DNA of 63,978 nt, the filler included, from Phoronis australis (Eukaryota; Animalia; Phoronida), in the NCBI GenBank assembly GCA_002633005.1. It is 8 parts of 8 records of this genome, joined end to end, with 100 filler letters (N's around TTAATTAATTAA, not from the genome) between each part and the next. Parts side by side here need not be neighbours in the genome. Positions count along the whole stretch, not along the records: positions 59,073 to 63,978 come from NMRA01002462.1; 7 more parts are not named here. The stretch is one strand, 5' to 3'. Made by a program: the position numbers and the translations under genes. Under the pieces are notes generated by a model, which saw only the letters and a program-made list of their open reading frames with translations, had not been told where the DNA came from and searched no databases. Shown here one piece after another: positions 61,050-63,978 of the stretch (its first letter is position 1; each line of letters starts with the position of its first letter).

Positions 61050-61420
61050 GGGTATGTTTCATGAAAGTGACTCAAGACAAATAATTTTGGATTTGATCTT
61101 ACTTCACAATCGCTCAACAATGTATTAGCCAAGTAACTATAAGCACGTGACAGTTTAGAAATAATTGAATGGAAATTATGTCAGTATTTCTTACTAGCAG
61201 TTACGTGACTGTATAAAGAGGCTTTCCATTTTTGTTCACTCATGTGAGATTTAATCATCTTTCAAAAATAGTTGTGTGAGGCTTAAGACCAAATTTCTTT
61301 CTCAAGTCTTGAGTCACTAACACATCCTTGAGTCACTAACACATCCTTGAGTCACTAACACATCCTTGAGTCACTAACACATCCTTGAGTCANCACATCC
61401 TTGAGTCACTAACACATCCT
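61050..61420. mobile_element. Harbinger-type MITE whose right end is a 19-bp tandem array (TTGAGTCACTAACACATCC x~6)
   Basis: Left end GGGTATGTTTCATGAAAGTGACTCAAGA. The array at 61309-61420 resembles its reverse complement with the middle deleted. Confidence 0.55.
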
Positions 61421-61470
61421 AGAATACATTAATTTATTACAGTTTGAATACATAACTTGTTTGCTTACAG

Positions 61471-61572
61471 GTCAACATCACTCTAAGCACCCACGATGTC
61501 GGTGGTCTTTCATTGAAGGATGCCAAACTAGCTACATTTATTGAGACTGCCGCTGGATTGTACAAGTCATAA
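61471..61572 (+). CDS. PCBD: PCBD last coding exon
   Basis: cag acceptor; VNITLSTHDVGGLSLKDAKLATFIETAAGLYKS then TAA. Confidence 0.96.
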   Translation, partial: VNITLSTHDVGGLSLKDAKLATFIETAAGLYKS

Positions 61573-63978
61573 AGAGAACTTCACACCTGTCATTGTTTTT
61601 ATGTCTGTTTAGGTGAACGGTGTTGTGTCCTGTTAACTTAGTGATTACCTGGCCTGTCCCGAAGTCAAGGACTAGCAGCAATATTTACACACAGTACCAC
61701 ATTTGTCGGGCACTTATCCAGCAGCTTCTCATGTCTCGTGCCTGTTGGTCATTATTTGATATCGGAATTATATTGTCATCAAAGTATCTCTGTTAGACAG
61801 TGTGCCAGAAGACTGGTACCAACTGAAGATATTTTACAAACTAAAAAACTTATTCCAGATCCGCATAATGCATGCTTCTTTTACAAGTGCCTGACATTTC
61901 AACAACTATATCAATCATGAAATTAATATACTAATCTGTACCTCTCAAAAGCAGAACGTTCTATTTGAGACGGGGCAATTATCATTGGCTGTTGTTTGGG
62001 TGTAGCTAGTAAGAAAAACTAGGAAAGGAAAGAATGTAGTGAAAGCTATTATGTGAGTCAGCTTAGTAGTATCTGGATGTCAGGGCTGTTCCAGCAAAAT
62101 CCGTGTGGGGGTTGCACTTGATATAAAAATTTATGGGTGGTTGTCTTTTGAGGAAAATTCAAATTGTGGGTGGTCCTTCTTGAAAGAAGTTTATCATGGT
62201 TCACAAGTATGAGATCAACTTAGAATGTGCCATCTGCTCAGCTTTTTCACGAGCACCGAGGTTCAATTCTCCCACACCTGTTGGGAGGTCTCAATAATTT
62301 TTTCACATCACCAGAGGAATAGTTTGAGTCAGATTTATTTTTCCTGTGTGTCTGATGTGTCATTAGAAGCTTTGTGTTAAGTGTTGATATTAAGAACGAT
62401 TGCTTAGTGCGAAACGAAAGGTAACAATTGAAGTGTCCTCGTGTCCAGTGTTTTTAACTGTGTCATTCTTATGTATATGGAGTTGTAACAGTACTTTTTG
62501 TGGTGTTCAGGGTCAATACTTGTACATTTTGGATTACTTTTATGCTGCCAAGTCAGTGCTGAACTGTGCATGTATCTGTTAGGTAAATAATGTCTTGATG
62601 TCTGTTATTTTTGTACTCTTATTTACTGTAATGTTTTCATATTATGAAGTCTTGTCGATCCCACATTTGTAATTCTGCCGAATACTTAAAATGCTTGTGA
62701 TTGGAAGTTCTAGATTTAATACAGACCTGTACCGTTTTCAAAATAAATGGTCAGGGGAAAAGTTTGAAGACAGATTGTATACTCACAGCTCCAATAAATT
62801 TCTGTTGATACTCATTCATGGGTTTTTTGATGTAATATTGCAATCAACATTTGAAAACCCTCGTCACCAAATTCAAAAGAGGTACTGAACAAAGTTAATG
62901 GCCATAATCTGCTTCTTTCACCCTATTTTGTGATTGATGACCATTATGATCCTTTAGACCAAAATGCTAGGAATGTTTCTGCAACTCTTTGCAATTGACT
63001 GTCCTTAATATTTGATTCCTCTCGCCCTTCCCACGCACATGCAGCTTTACGATTGGTGGGCCGGTATGTAAAATATTTCATTTTTATGCTTTTCAGTATG
63101 GTTGCGCTCATTGTTGTTGCTTTCTTTTGTGGTAATAGCTAAACATTTTGAGACAAACAGTTGGGGGAGATATTTGTTGCAGTTCAATCTTTCCAATTTC
63201 GGACAAAAGTAATTAATATACTGTTAAAGTTGTTCTGGAATTCTTTTTTCATAATTCAAAAGCTATAATTGCAAATGCCTACAATTTCTCAAATAGTGTC
63301 TCCTAGTATTAATTAGCAATTAACAATGGTAAAGCTTTTATTTGGAACGTAATATGAAAAAAATAAGGTTTCACTTGTCCACCATAATTATGTTACATGA
63401 TTCTAAATTCATGAACTTTTACCATATATTGTGCCAATAGTGTAATTTTATCATTTTCTACTGCCCGAGTCTAATCCCAGAGCTCGTATTCTAATTCAAA
63501 CCATTGTTCAGTTCTGGACTACTTTGCCCTTTTTCCTCCATTTGTTATTTATTATTAATTCAGATAAATACTCATGAACATAACACAATATCTGGCAGGA
63601 CGTTCTGCATGGCACAACCGCTAAACTTGCAGACAATGCAATACTTCAGTGTCTGAATAGACACCTTGGATCACAGACCCGTATGCTACATGGCACTTAC
63701 TAGTTTCTACAGCTGGACAATAACTTGCTTCCGTGTGCAATGTTTACAATGTCATATTTCTTATAAAGTCTTGCACAGCACTAATTACTAGGCCACGTGG
63801 AAATTGCTAACTTCAAACTGGAATGATCAATTTGGCAGCCATGACTCATTCCGTTGGTCCATGCCTTTAACATGGTTTTTATAACTAGAAATACTAACTT
63901 GCTGTATTAAAAAGCAAAACAAAGGTCTCCACTCCTAAACACAAACCAAAACATCGGTTTTCAGTGGGGATTCAATAT

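Noticed and set aside
1499-61572. A functional cluster of dystrophin, MUS81-like, PTP, RhoGAP, lectin and PCBD genes
   Set aside because: Each gene is on a different contig separated by artificial linkers, so adjacency is not informative.

Overview
AT-rich, intron-rich animal DNA, probably from a marine invertebrate. It is not one locus: seven identical 100-bp N44-TTAATTAATTAA-N44 linkers join eight unrelated contigs. Contents by contig: (1) two dystrophin exons matching human DMD exons 29 and 30, with a young BEL/Pao LTR retrotransposon in the intron whose uninterrupted ORF encodes Gag-protease-integrase but has lost RT and nearly all of RNase H in frame; (2) five exons of a divergent MUS81-like winged-helix + ERCC4 nuclease; (3) seven exons of a classical PTP domain with inactivating-looking changes (HCSSGAGQ, WPN) and a tyrosine-repeat tail, with many DNA-transposon derivatives in its introns; (4) two F-BAR exons of an ARHGAP29/45/GMIP-family gene plus a decayed exon copy; (5) microsatellites; (6) a 3.3-kb single-exon CUB/C-type-lectin ORF cut by a TTAA-inserted THAP-bearing (Kolobok-like) element that hides an in-frame LDLa domain; (7) MITEs and a Sola3-like remnant; (8) the last three exons of PCBD. 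All family assignments come from motif recognition by eye; no database search was run.
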